Shown here: one piece after another, positions 37,695-44,842 of the stretch
How positions within the stretch are numbered: position 1 is the stretch's first letter
How the letters are laid out: the number at the start of each line of letters is the position of its first letter
Origin: a phage
Strand: one strand, 5' to 3'
DNA length: 64,000 bases
NCBI GenBank assembly: GCA_011884725.1
Contig: GCA_011884725.1_3919.1
The notes under the pieces: generated by a model
The model's input: only the letters and a program-made list of their open reading frames with translations
Databases searched by the model: none
Told to the model about the DNA's origin: nothing
Translations under genes and position numbers: made by a program

Positions 37695-38285
37695 TTAAGC
37701 TTTGGTCTTAAGTAGGTTCTTAAGTTTTTTAAGATTCATACTCTCATCAAACTTAAAACCAAATCCATTGACATAATCAATGAACTCGGATTTCTTACTG
37801 AGTGACAATGCGTAACTCATATCAAAGTTCTTGCTTGTTTCTGCGTCTGGACTAGAGTTCACATCAAATGAAATTTCCGTAGGCTCTTGCTTACTTTTTC
37901 TCATATTATCAACCAACAAACATGTATAGTTTGCTGGATAGAAATTTACACTACCATCAACGTAGCTATACTTATTATTATGGACAAGGTTGGAAAATAC
38001 CTTAAGGAATGTTTCTGAGTCGTGGCAAACAAGTTTGAATTGGCTGCTCTCTCCAAGCGCAACTAATGAATACGGACTTTCACTATCGAAGTGATAATTT
38101 GGATTCGATGCCGTTACTGTTACACGCATCAAGTTATTAGCAATAGTCTTCTGTTTAAAAGAATTTTGAACATAGTGAAGACCTCTATCACACTGATTGA
38201 CTAGCTCTTTAAGTAGGTCATTTGCATAAGGTGAGTTAATTGATACAGAGCCATCACTATTGTAATTAAAACTTACTGTTAACAT
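37695..38285 (-). CDS. hypothetical protein
   Basis: ORF track. Confidence 0.45.
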   Translation of the reverse strand: MLTVSFNYNSDGSVSINSPYANDLLKELVNQCDRGLHYVQNSFKQKTIANNLMRVTVTASNPNYHFDSESPYSLVALGESSQFKLVCHDSETFLKVFSNLVHNNKYSYVDGSVNFYPANYTCLLVDNMRKSKQEPTEISFDVNSSPDAETSKNFDMSYALSLSKKSEFIDYVNGFGFKFDESMNLKKLKNLLKTKA

Positions 38286-38512
38286 TTTTCAGTTCTCCTG
38301 CGATTTATAATTTTGCTGCAATAGAGAAACGAAGTAAACTCACTGGAAGAAACCATTAAGTGTTGTTCACTAGATTGAGCCATTGCCCTGAAATACATTC
38401 CAGTCAAAGCATCATAGTGACTATTCTTTCCAATTGAGGTTATATAGCCATGACTCTTTGCAGTTTGATATAAATCTATAATATCTGCGATTTCTAATTG
38501 GGAACTACACAT
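38279..38512 (-). CDS. hypothetical protein
   Basis: ORF track. Confidence 0.4.
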   Translation of the reverse strand: MCSSQLEIADIIDLYQTAKSHGYITSIGKNSHYDALTGMYFRAMAQSSEQHLMVSSSEFTSFLYCSKIINRRRTEKC

Positions 38513-38676
38513 AGATAATCCTCTTGTCTTCTGTAATTTTGAAAGAACAGGTACAGACCAATTTCAGAGGATGAATAGTAGATTAACTCTACCCTTTTTG
38601 ATTCCTTACAGTGATTGGTATTCTTACCTTTCTTCGGTTTATTTGATTTTCTCATTAAGTCTCCTTTGTAGAACAA
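38494..38676 (-). CDS. hypothetical small basic protein
   Basis: ORF track; first gene of the leftward block. Confidence 0.35.
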   Translation of the reverse strand: MFYKGDLMRKSNKPKKGKNTNHCKESKRVELIYYSSSEIGLYLFFQNYRRQEDYLCVVPN

Positions 38677-38904
38677 GGCAGACCTACAGCTTTAACTAAG
38701 ATGGTACAGTAATCCATACAACAAGTCAAGAACTATTGCAAGTTAAAAAAGTTGTTGACAAAGTACTTGACAAGGTGTAGGCTTATAAATACTTAGAAGA
38801 TAACTTAAAAGGTTCCTCTAAAAAGGCTATTTAAACAGATATCTTTCTGGATATCTATCTTTTATCTTAAAAGCCTTTTAAGAGGTCTTATAAGAGGCAT
38901 ACCA

Positions 38905-39276
38905 ATGAAAAACAGAACAAACAAAGGCCAGTTTAAAAAAGGCCAGTCTGGAAACCCATCTGGAAGACCGAAAGGCTCACGTAACAAAAGTTCACTCGTA
39001 AAAGCTCAACTGACCATTGATAATTCTGCTGAGTTTGCTGCAAAGTTGTTTGAAGCGATTGTTACAAGGGACGCTGCTAAGCTTGCAGAGTTCGGGTTAA
39101 ACACAGACGATGTAACCATCAAGAGCATGATTGAAGTCGGTAAAACCATCATGACTCACTCAGCAGGTGAGATGAAAGCAATTGCAGCAGACACTAAGAA
39201 GACCCCTGATAACGGTGGTCAGTCTCAGACAGATAACAAACCAACGTTCTCTGCTGTTGCAACCCTCAAAAAATAA
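38905..39276 (+). CDS. hypothetical protein with N-terminal GNPSGRPKG motif
   Basis: ORF track; AGAGG upstream; basic Gly/Pro-rich N-terminus. Confidence 0.5.
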   Translation: MKNRTNKGQFKKGQSGNPSGRPKGSRNKSSLVKAQLTIDNSAEFAAKLFEAIVTRDAAKLAEFGLNTDDVTIKSMIEVGKTIMTHSAGEMKAIAADTKKTPDNGGQSQTDNKPTFSAVATLKK

Positions 39277-39288
39277 TTTTAAAAGGTG

Positions 39289-39318
39289 TTGACAGACTCT
39301 ACAAAGTTGCTCTAAAGT
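39289..39318 (+). promoter_or_regulatory. sigma70-like promoter TTGACA-18-TAAAGT flanked by perfect 9 bp inverted repeat TGACAGACT / AGTCTGTCA
   Basis: Direct read upstream of the vWA gene; inverted-repeat arms at 39290-39298 and 39316-39324. Confidence 0.5.
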
Positions 39319-39357
39319 CTGTCACATCAAACAACAAATGAGAGAAGAGAGTAAAAT

Positions 39358-40773
39358 ATGAGCGAATTATTTAAACATGCGCACCTTCATGCAGGTCGAA
39401 CTGAAAATGGTGCTGTAAACCATACTTCATCAATGTCTGCTCTTGTAGACTTTTACAAAGCTGCTGGTTCAAGCCGTAGCAATGTAGAAATCTTACCAGA
39501 CCTGTTCTACAAAGCTTTGCGTGAGGATGTTGATGTTGCAGTTCGTATTTTACTGCATATGCGAGATGTACGAGAAGGTATGGGTGAGCGTAAAGCCTTC
39601 AGAACTGTTTTACTTCAAGCGATTGAAGACAAAGTTTTAGAGCCTACGCAGGTTCTTCGCATTATGGATAAGATTGCAGAACTTGGTCGTTTTGATGACT
39701 TCAAAATCTTTGTAGGTACTCGTTTCGAGACAGATGCCTTCAAGCATTTAGAAGCAGCATTACTAGACCCTGCAACAGCAGGTTTGGCAGCTAAGTGGTT
39801 ACCACGAGTCAAACCACGTCATAAGCAGTTTGTAAAACGTTTCTGCAAGTTTGCCAACTTGAGCGAGAAAGAGTACCGCACACTGTTGTCTGCACTATCT
39901 GATACAGTTGAGCAAAAAATCTCTGCTAATGAGTTTGGTAAGATTGACTACAGTAAGATTCCTTCACTTGCTGCTGCACGCTACCAAAAACTGTTTAACC
40001 GTAAAGATGGAGAGCGATACAAAGCTTACATCGAGTCCTTATCAAAGGGTGAGGCTAAGATTAATGCTGGTGCTGTTTACCCATACGATGTGATTAAATC
40101 TGTCAAGCATGGTAATGCAGATGTTGCTAATGAGCAGTGGAAAGCACTACCAAACTGGATGGCAGAAGGTGAAAACATCTTGTGTATGTCTGATGTATCA
40201 AGTTCAATGTCTTGGGTGAATTTTGGCTCCATTACTGCTCTGGATATTGGTGTATCACTTGCCTTGTATGTAGCAGAACGCAATACAGGCTGCTTTAAGA
40301 ATGAGTTGATGGTTTATTCAACAAACCCTCACTTCATCGAACTGAGTGGTGATTTACGAAACCGTCATCGTCAGGTGATGCGACACGTTGAATATGGCTC
40401 AACTAACTTACAAGCAGCTTTTGACCGCATTCTTGAAACAGGTAAAAGAAACAACTTGACTCAGAAAGATATGCCAAGTAAGCTTATCATCTTCTCCGAT
40501 ATGGAGTTCAATCAGGTTGATGGAGCTAACGGTCGTACAAACTTTGAAGCAATTCAGAGTAAGTACAAAAAAGCTGGATATGAGATGCCACAACTGGTAT
40601 TCTGGTACTTAGCAAACCGTAATGGTACTTGCGAAGTGTCTGTTAAGGATAACGGTGTAGCAATGGTATCTGGTTTCTCTCCAGCCACTTTAAAAGCTCT
40701 GCTTGGTGGTGAGAAGTTTGACCCAATCAGCGTAATGCTCAAAGCAGTAATGATTGACCGTTATATCTGGTAA
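39358..40773 (+). CDS. vWA-domain protein with MIDAS motif
   Basis: 471 aa; C-terminal half has DxSxS (CMSDVSSSM) and a later IIFSDMEF acidic motif typical of von Willebrand A domains; helical N-terminal half. Confidence 0.55.
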   Translation: MSELFKHAHLHAGRTENGAVNHTSSMSALVDFYKAAGSSRSNVEILPDLFYKALREDVDVAVRILLHMRDVREGMGERKAFRTVLLQAIEDKVLEPTQVLRIMDKIAELGRFDDFKIFVGTRFETDAFKHLEAALLDPATAGLAAKWLPRVKPRHKQFVKRFCKFANLSEKEYRTLLSALSDTVEQKISANEFGKIDYSKIPSLAAARYQKLFNRKDGERYKAYIESLSKGEAKINAGAVYPYDVIKSVKHGNADVANEQWKALPNWMAEGENILCMSDVSSSMSWVNFGSITALDIGVSLALYVAERNTGCFKNELMVYSTNPHFIELSGDLRNRHRQVMRHVEYGSTNLQAAFDRILETGKRNNLTQKDMPSKLIIFSDMEFNQVDGANGRTNFEAIQSKYKKAGYEMPQLVFWYLANRNGTCEVSVKDNGVAMVSGFSPATLKALLGGEKFDPISVMLKAVMIDRYIW

Positions 40774-40791
40774 AAAGTTTTAAAAAGGGTA

Positions 40792-40820
40792 TTGACAATG
40801 TGTTTAATACCCTTTAATAT
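40792..40820 (+). promoter_or_regulatory. strong sigma70-like promoter TTGACA-17-TAATAT overlapping 9 bp inverted repeat AAGGGTATT / AATACCCTT
   Basis: Direct read, about 120 bp upstream of the first tRNA; inverted-repeat arms 40785-40793 and 40806-40814. Confidence 0.6.
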
Positions 40821-40882
40821 GTTCTACATAGAAACGAAATGAGAGCTTTTCTAAGATACTGAAAAATATTTTAAAAAAGTTC

Positions 40883-40917
40883 TTGACAACCACTAAAAAA
40901 TAATGTTAAAGTGGTTA
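40883..40917 (+). promoter_or_regulatory. promoter-like TTGACA with inverted repeat AACCACT / AGTGGTT; -10 weak
   Basis: Direct read; same A-rich-GT-TTGACA upstream pattern as the other promoters. Confidence 0.3.
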
Positions 40918-40938
40918 CATAGAGTTTGAAAAGTTTAT

Positions 40939-41015
40939 CTCTGTTTAGCTCAGCTTGGTAGAGCGTTCCGTTTGGGGCGGTAAGGCCGGAGGTTCAAGTC
41001 CTCCAACAGAGACCA
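40939..41015 (+). tRNA. tRNA-Pro (anticodon TGG)
   Basis: Acceptor CTCTGTT/AACAGAG, C1:G72, T-arm GGAGG-TTCAAGT-CCTCC, anticodon loop TTTGGGG, A73, encoded CCA. Confidence 0.75.
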
Positions 41016-41022
41016 AATTAAT

Positions 41023-41100
41023 GTTCCAGTAGACAAAATGGTAAAGTCACCACTCTTTCAAAGTGGATATCTGAGGGTTCAAATCCCTTCTGGAACGCCA
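41023..41100 (+). tRNA. tRNA-Glu (anticodon TTC)
   Basis: Acceptor GTTCCAG/CTGGAAC, anticodon stem CCACT/AGTGG loop CTTTCAA, T-loop TTCAAAT, G73, CCA. Confidence 0.75.
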
Positions 41101-41191
41101 GTTTTGACAGAAGACCAATTACAGCAAACTTAATCTTATTCATCTGAAGGTAAATCGGACAAAGAAGAGATTTGGTCTGGTCATTAAGAAT

Positions 41192-41268
41192 TGCGGGTAT
41201 AGAGAAAGGGCGTCTCACATGTCTCATTAGCATGGTATCGGCAGGTTCGACTCCTGCACCCGCCTCCA
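41192..41268 (+). tRNA. tRNA with CAT anticodon (Met or Ile2 type), atypical 5' region
   Basis: T-arm GCAGG-TTCGACT-CCTGC, 3' acceptor ACCCGCC, anticodon stem CATGT/GCATG loop CTCATTA; 5' acceptor has a 1:72 mismatch or an extra nt before the D-stem. Confidence 0.5.
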
Positions 41269-41352
41269 AATTTACAGAAGACCGTTTACAGCAAAATTGA
41301 ATGAAATTTTTAGCGGAAAAATTGAAAGATACGGTCTGGTAATACTAAACAT

Positions 41353-41426
41353 GGTTAGGAAGCACATAAGGTATGTGCGGTCGCCTGTTAAGCGAATGGC
41401 ACAGGGTTCGAATCCCTGACTAACCG
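41353..41426 (+). tRNA. tRNA-Asn (anticodon GTT)
   Basis: Acceptor GGTTAGG/ACTAACC, anticodon loop CTGTTAA, T-arm CAGGG-TTCGAAT-CCCTG, G73, no encoded CCA. Confidence 0.7.
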
Positions 41427-41438
41427 CAAAATTGAAAT

Positions 41439-41526
41439 GTGTCGTTATCCCGTAGATGGTAGCGGTGGGGACTGTAAATCCCTTGTCATTGAGACTCGGT
41501 AGGTTCGACTCCTACACGGCACACCA
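41439..41526 (+). tRNA. tRNA-Tyr (anticodon GTA), long variable arm
   Basis: 88 nt; acceptor GTGTCGT/ACGGCAC, anticodon loop CTGTAAA, T-arm GTAGG-TTCGACT-CCTAC, A73, CCA. Confidence 0.75.
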
Positions 41527-41531
41527 ATAAA

Positions 41532-41608
41532 GGCTATGTAGTTTAACTGGAGAAAATACTCCCCTGTCACGGGAGATGATGTGAGTTCAAGTCTCATCGT
41601 AGCCGCCA
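41532..41608 (+). tRNA. tRNA-Asp (anticodon GTC)
   Basis: Acceptor GGCTATG/CGTAGCC, anticodon stem CTCCC/GGGAG loop CTGTCAC, T-loop TTCAAGT, G73, CCA. Confidence 0.8.
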
Positions 41609-41837
41609 AATTATAATAAGTATTTCAAAATGATGTTTTGAGAGGGCTATTTAGCCCCTCCCTTAAAGAGTTCTTACGAGTATTCTTTAAAGGAGCAGAA
41701 GACCAAATACAGCAAGAATGTATGATATTTTCAAGCCAATCCAATTTTGAAAAAATTTAAAACTTGGTCTGGCTCAACAAATTTACAGAAGACCGTTTAC
41801 AGCAAAACTTAAACAATCTATTTCTCGGTAAAGAAAA

Positions 41838-41892
41838 GGCGAAGGTTCGATTCCTTCACTCGGCAGATGTCGAGTTGGTGTAATGGTAGCAC
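41838..41892 (+). pseudogene. tRNA remnant: 3'-half-like T-arm segment followed by 5'-half-like acceptor/D-arm segment, no intact cloverleaf
   Basis: GAAGG-TTCGATT-CCTTC-ACTCGGCA then GTCGAGTTGGTGTAATGGTAGCAC; no complementary acceptor partner found in correct order. Confidence 0.4.
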
Positions 41893-42065
41893 TTAAGATG
41901 ATAAACAACGGTCTGGTAATTATCTTTGTAGATAAGTTATTAAGCTTACCTGTGAGTATGCGACCACAAAGGGTGAAAGGGTAAATTCTAGATTTAAACC
42001 CAAAAAGGCACATCGCTACAGACCTTAAGCAAGTCTGGGTAGCTTATCTACAAAGATAATTTAAT

Positions 42066-42141
42066 GGAAGTGTAGCAGAATGGTGATGCGGCAGACTTTT
42101 AATCTGACAGGCGATGGGTTCGAATCCCTCCACTTCTACCA
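42066..42141 (+). tRNA. tRNA-Lys (anticodon TTT)
   Basis: Acceptor GGAAGTG/CACTTCT, anticodon loop CTTTTAA, T-loop TTCGAAT, A73, CCA; weak T-stem shared with the CTT Lys tRNA. Confidence 0.65.
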
Positions 42142-42145
42142 ATAT

Positions 42146-42222
42146 GGTTCAGTCGCAGATAAGGTAATGCAAGGGTCTCATAAGCCCTATGAATGTGGGT
42201 TCGATTCCCATCTGAACCTCCA
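42146..42222 (+). tRNA. tRNA-Met (anticodon CAT)
   Basis: Acceptor GGTTCAG/CTGAACC, anticodon stem AGGGT/GCCCT loop CTCATAA, T-arm GTGGG-TTCGATT-CCCAT, CCA. Confidence 0.75.
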
Positions 42223-42223
42223 A

Positions 42224-42299
42224 GCTGGTATAGTTAAGAAGGTTATAACACTCCCCTGATAAGGGAACATCGGTGGTTCGATTCCACCTACCAGTACCA
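42224..42299 (+). tRNA. tRNA-Ile (anticodon GAT)
   Basis: Acceptor GCTGGTA/TACCAGT, anticodon loop CTGATAA, T-arm GGTGG-TTCGATT-CCACC, A73, CCA. Confidence 0.7.
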
Positions 42300-42314
42300 A
42301 TTTCAATAAAGTTG

Positions 42315-42343
42315 TTGACATTGAGATGTGACTACTTTATAGT
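42315..42343 (+). promoter_or_regulatory. strong sigma70-like promoter TTGACA-17-TATAGT inside the tRNA cluster
   Basis: Direct read; followed by about 200 bp without ORF or tRNA before tRNA-Arg. Confidence 0.55.
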
Positions 42344-42545
42344 AACCTTAGTTTTCGTTGCGTAGCGTCTATTTTGCAAATTTAAAATAAATGCAAACGA
42401 CAATGTTTTTCTGGCAGTAGCTTGATAGGCTAAACACCAGTGAGGTCTTCCAATCCCTCATCAAAGAATTTGGCGTACTCGCCCACGGTATGATTAATAA
42501 GGTGGGCATCTTTAAGGGCTTTCTAAGAGAGTCTTTAAAGATAAT

Positions 42546-42622
42546 GCACCCTTAGTTCAATTGGATAGAGCAACGGTCTTCTAAATCGTTAGTTACAGGT
42601 TCGAATCCTGTAGGGTGTACCA
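42546..42622 (+). tRNA. tRNA-Arg (anticodon TCT)
   Basis: Acceptor GCACCCT/AGGGTGT, D-arm GTTCAATTGGATAGAGC, anticodon stem ACGGT/ATCGT loop CTTCTAA, T-loop TTCGAAT, A73, CCA. Confidence 0.8.
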
Positions 42623-42764
42623 AATAGTTAGCAGATTACTTAGACGGCCTTAGCGGGTCTTCCTGTAGGGAGGTGGTCTGTATCTCATGTTTTCCAGAAC
42701 ATGTAAATAATCTGAGAAGAAGCTTGACAGTGTTGAGATAACAGGGTAAGCTTCGAATTATAAT

Positions 42765-42847
42765 ATGGGACGATGTTAAGACTCTAAGGCATGAGCAACG
42801 GCCTCCAAAACCGTTTCAAAGGGGTTCAACTCCTCCGTCCCATGCCA
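42765..42847 (+). tRNA. tRNA-Trp (anticodon CCA) with enlarged D region
   Basis: Perfect acceptor ATGGGAC/GTCCCAT, anticodon stem ACGGC/ACCGT loop CTCCAAA, T-loop TTCAACT, G73, CCA; about 7 extra nt between acceptor and anticodon stem. Confidence 0.55.
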
Positions 42848-42860
42848 AAGTCTTATTAGG

Positions 42861-42948
42861 GGTAGGTAGCGGCTAATGGTAGCCAAACTGTCTTGAAAAC
42901 AGTTGCCACTGTAGAGATACGGTGAGGGTTCGACTCCTTTACTTACCG
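42861..42948 (+). tRNA. tRNA-Ser (anticodon TGA), long variable arm
   Basis: 88 nt; acceptor GGTAGGT/ACTTACC, anticodon stem ACTGT/ACAGT loop CTTGAAA, T-loop TTCGACT, G73. Confidence 0.7.
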
Positions 42949-43104
42949 CCTAATAAGATTTACTCCGTCCATGCTTGTTCGCATTGTCGGTTTATCCCTC
43001 GTGTATTGTCGTACACTGTCAAAGCACCTAGTAGGTGTCACGGAGAAGAGATAATATCAAGCTCTCCAAAGGTTCTAGTCACCGGATTAAACAAGACTAT
43101 GCAA

Positions 43105-43124
43105 AGACCTATTTAGGTCTTTTT
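43105..43124 (+). terminator. terminator-like hairpin AGACCT-ATTT-AGGTCT + TTTT inside tRNA cluster
   Basis: Direct read. Confidence 0.45.
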
Positions 43125-43204
43125 AGAGGGCTTCTAAGGTTATTAGTCGCTTGTTGTGGAACCTTGTTGCTTAGGTTCTTAGAAGTTCTCTAAAAAGATT
43201 TAAT

Positions 43205-43282
43205 GGGAGATTGACGGTAATTGGTAAACCTACCATCCTTAGAAGTTGGTGTTTGAGGGTTCGAATCCCTTGTCTCCTACCA
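43205..43282 (+). tRNA. tRNA with Leu-type anticodon TAG but short variable arm
   Basis: Acceptor GGGAGAT/GTCTCCT (two G-U pairs), D-loop AATTGGTAAA, anticodon loop CTTAGAA, T-arm GAGGG-TTCGAAT-CCCTT, A73, CCA. Confidence 0.5.
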
Positions 43283-43289
43283 AATTAAT

Positions 43290-43365
43290 GCAGGTGTAGC
43301 AAAATGGTTATGCGGCTGACTCTTAATCAGTAAGACGATGGGTTCAATTCCCTCCACCTGTACCA
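43290..43365 (+). tRNA. tRNA-Lys (anticodon CTT)
   Basis: Acceptor GCAGGTG/CACCTGT, anticodon stem GCTGA/TCAGT loop CTCTTAA, T-loop TTCAATT, A73, CCA. Confidence 0.65.
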
Positions 43366-43371
43366 AACATT

Positions 43372-43447
43372 GGGGATGTAGTTTACATGGTTAAAACATA
43401 AGTTTTGCAAACTTAAGTACAGGGTTCAATTCCCTGCTTCTCCACCA
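43372..43447 (+). tRNA. tRNA-Ala (anticodon TGC)
   Basis: G3:U70 pair in acceptor, anticodon stem TAAGT/ACTTA loop TTTGCAA, T-arm CAGGG-TTCAATT-CCCTG, A73, CCA. Confidence 0.7.
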
Positions 43448-43453
43448 ATTAGT

Positions 43454-43528
43454 GCATCCATAGTTTAAACGGGAAAATTACAGTCTTCCAAACTGAGGTT
43501 GAGGGTTCGATTCCCTCTGGATGCTCCA
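43454..43528 (+). tRNA. tRNA-Gly (anticodon TCC)
   Basis: Perfect acceptor GCATCCA/TGGATGC, anticodon loop CTTCCAA, T-arm GAGGG-TTCGATT-CCCTC, U73, CCA. Confidence 0.8.
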
Positions 43529-43534
43529 AACAAT

Positions 43535-43611
43535 GCTGCTTTCGTATAATTGGCTATTACACATCCCTTGTAAGGATGGAAATGCAGGTTCGAGTCCTGT
43601 GAGCAGCACCA
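43535..43611 (+). tRNA. tRNA-Thr (anticodon TGT)
   Basis: Acceptor GCTGCTT/GAGCAGC, anticodon stem CATCC/GGATG loop CTTGTAA, T-loop TTCGAGT, A73, CCA. Confidence 0.8.
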
Positions 43612-43707
43612 ATTCAGAGGTCAAGTGAAAGACCGCTTTGAGTCAACTGAAGACCGTAACAAATACCACGGAGTTGAGTTAGCGGCACAACTTCAGACCT
43701 CTTTCAT

Positions 43708-43782
43708 ACTCGCTTAGTTTATATGGTAAAACATCACCCTTACAAGATGAAGAAAAAGGTTCAAGTCCTTTAGTGAGTACCA
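43708..43782 (+). tRNA. tRNA-Val (anticodon TAC)
   Basis: Acceptor ACTCGCT/AGTGAGT, anticodon loop CTTACAA, T-arm AAAGG-TTCAAGT-CCTTT, A73, CCA. Confidence 0.65.
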
Positions 43783-43783
43783 T

Positions 43784-43861
43784 GTTCCAGTATCCCAATT
43801 GGCAGAGGATGCAAGCTCAAACCTTGTATTAGTGACGGTTCGAATCCGTCTTGGAACACCA
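43784..43861 (+). tRNA. tRNA with Leu-type anticodon CAA but short variable arm
   Basis: Acceptor GTTCCAG/TTGGAAC, D-loop AATTGGCAGAGGA, anticodon stem GCAAG/CTTGT loop CTCAAAC, T-arm GACGG-TTCGAAT-CCGTC, A73, CCA. Confidence 0.55.
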
Positions 43862-43866
43862 ATTTT

Positions 43867-43942
43867 GCAGGATTAGTTCAAATGGAAAGAGCAACAGTCT
43901 ACGAAGCTGTTAATAGGGGTTCGAATCCCTTATCCTGCGCCA
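43867..43942 (+). tRNA. tRNA-Arg (anticodon ACG)
   Basis: Perfect acceptor GCAGGAT/ATCCTGC, anticodon stem ACAGT/GCTGT loop CTACGAA, T-loop TTCGAAT, G73, CCA. Confidence 0.8.
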
Positions 43943-43959
43943 GATAAAAAGGTGATACT

Positions 43960-44202
43960 ATGCAAACATTAACAGTAGTTGAACATGAAAACTGTGAGAG
44001 TATTGAGTTTGTCAGGGTCATTGGTGTTGAACACCACATTTTCTTAAAAGTGGGATACTTATGTGACCCCGCTAGAGTAGAAAGATTTATACGTGATTGT
44101 TTTGGTGGTAGACATCTGAAGAGTGTTATTTTTGAGACAGTTTTACCAGAAGGTTTAGAAACGAATAATAACATTTACCTCCTTACGAGGATTAGACAAT
44201 GA
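43960..44202 (+). CDS. hypothetical protein (inside tRNA cluster)
   Basis: ORF track; AAAGGTGA upstream. Confidence 0.5.
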   Translation: MQTLTVVEHENCESIEFVRVIGVEHHIFLKVGYLCDPARVERFIRDCFGGRHLKSVIFETVLPEGLETNNNIYLLTRIRQ

Positions 44203-44756
44203 GATACTTAAAGTATGCTTCATGGATTTTCTTAGCTTTGTTAGAGCCATTTGCAGCAATCTTAGCAGTTATCTTAGCACCTTTTGTAGTTCCATTCTAC
44301 AGTGAGAAGAAAGGACACTTACCTTTCGGGTTCAGATGGATGGAGACATATGACAACCCAATTGATGGTGATGAAGGTCACGTTAAAAGATGGGCTAATA
44401 TTAGATGGATTGGTAAACTAGGTGTCTACATGCAAAGAGTCGGATGGCTCTGGAGAAACAAAGCTTATAACTTCTCTTACCATGTATTAGGAAGAGATGT
44501 AAGAGATGTTACTAAGTGGAAAGGTAATATCAACGTAAGTTCTAACCCTGAAGATAATCAGACTGGTTATCTCCTAATGTGGAACAGTAATGCTTGGGGA
44601 TTATTCGCTTTTATCCCATCAATTAAAGTCTTCGGTAAACAGTTTTACTGGAGAATTTATGTTGGATGGAAACTTAAAAGTGTTGTCCCAGAAGAAAGAG
44701 CATTCTCAAGGGAAAGAGTTATGTTGGCATTCTTTATTCATCCACTGAGAAAGTAA
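44199..44756 (+). CDS. hypothetical membrane protein (inside tRNA cluster)
   Basis: ORF track; N-terminal hydrophobic segment WIFLALLEPFAAILAVILAPFVVPF; Trp-rich. Confidence 0.5.
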   Translation: MRYLKYASWIFLALLEPFAAILAVILAPFVVPFYSEKKGHLPFGFRWMETYDNPIDGDEGHVKRWANIRWIGKLGVYMQRVGWLWRNKAYNFSYHVLGRDVRDVTKWKGNINVSSNPEDNQTGYLLMWNSNAWGLFAFIPSIKVFGKQFYWRIYVGWKLKSVVPEERAFSRERVMLAFFIHPLRK

Positions 44757-44764
44757 AGATTTAA

Positions 44765-44840
44765 AGGGGATTAGTTTACAAGGTTAAAACCTCGGTCTTT
44801 GAAATCGAAGAAGTTGGTTCAATTCCAACATCCCCCGCCA
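44765..44840 (+). tRNA. tRNA-Gln (anticodon TTG)
   Basis: Anticodon stem TCGGT/ATCGA loop CTTTGAA, T-arm GTTGG-TTCAATT-CCAAC, unpaired 1:72 and G73, CCA. Confidence 0.7.
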
Positions 44841-44842
44841 AT

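Larger units (their letters stand above)
41101..41917 (+). repeat. four copies of a spacer element starting (T)CAGAAGACC-N3-TACAGCAA and ending in GGTCTGG about 55-125 nt downstream, between tRNA genes
   Basis: Motif starts at 41107, 41275, 41686, 41786; 26-mer TTTACAGAAGACCGTTTACAGCAAAA identical at 41271 and 41782; GGTCTGG at 41174, 41334, 41765, 41910. Confidence 0.6.

Noticed and set aside
39358-40773. Firm annotation of the vWA protein as a Ro60/TROVE (Rsr) ortholog
   Set aside because: Only the vWA/MIDAS half is recognisable by eye; TROVE motifs could not be verified without a profile search, so kept as a hypothesis.
41838-41892. Circularly permuted or intron-containing tRNA gene
   Set aside because: The 3'-half-like and 5'-half-like segments do not form a consistent acceptor stem in either order and no intron-flanked 3' half was found downstream; recorded as a remnant instead.
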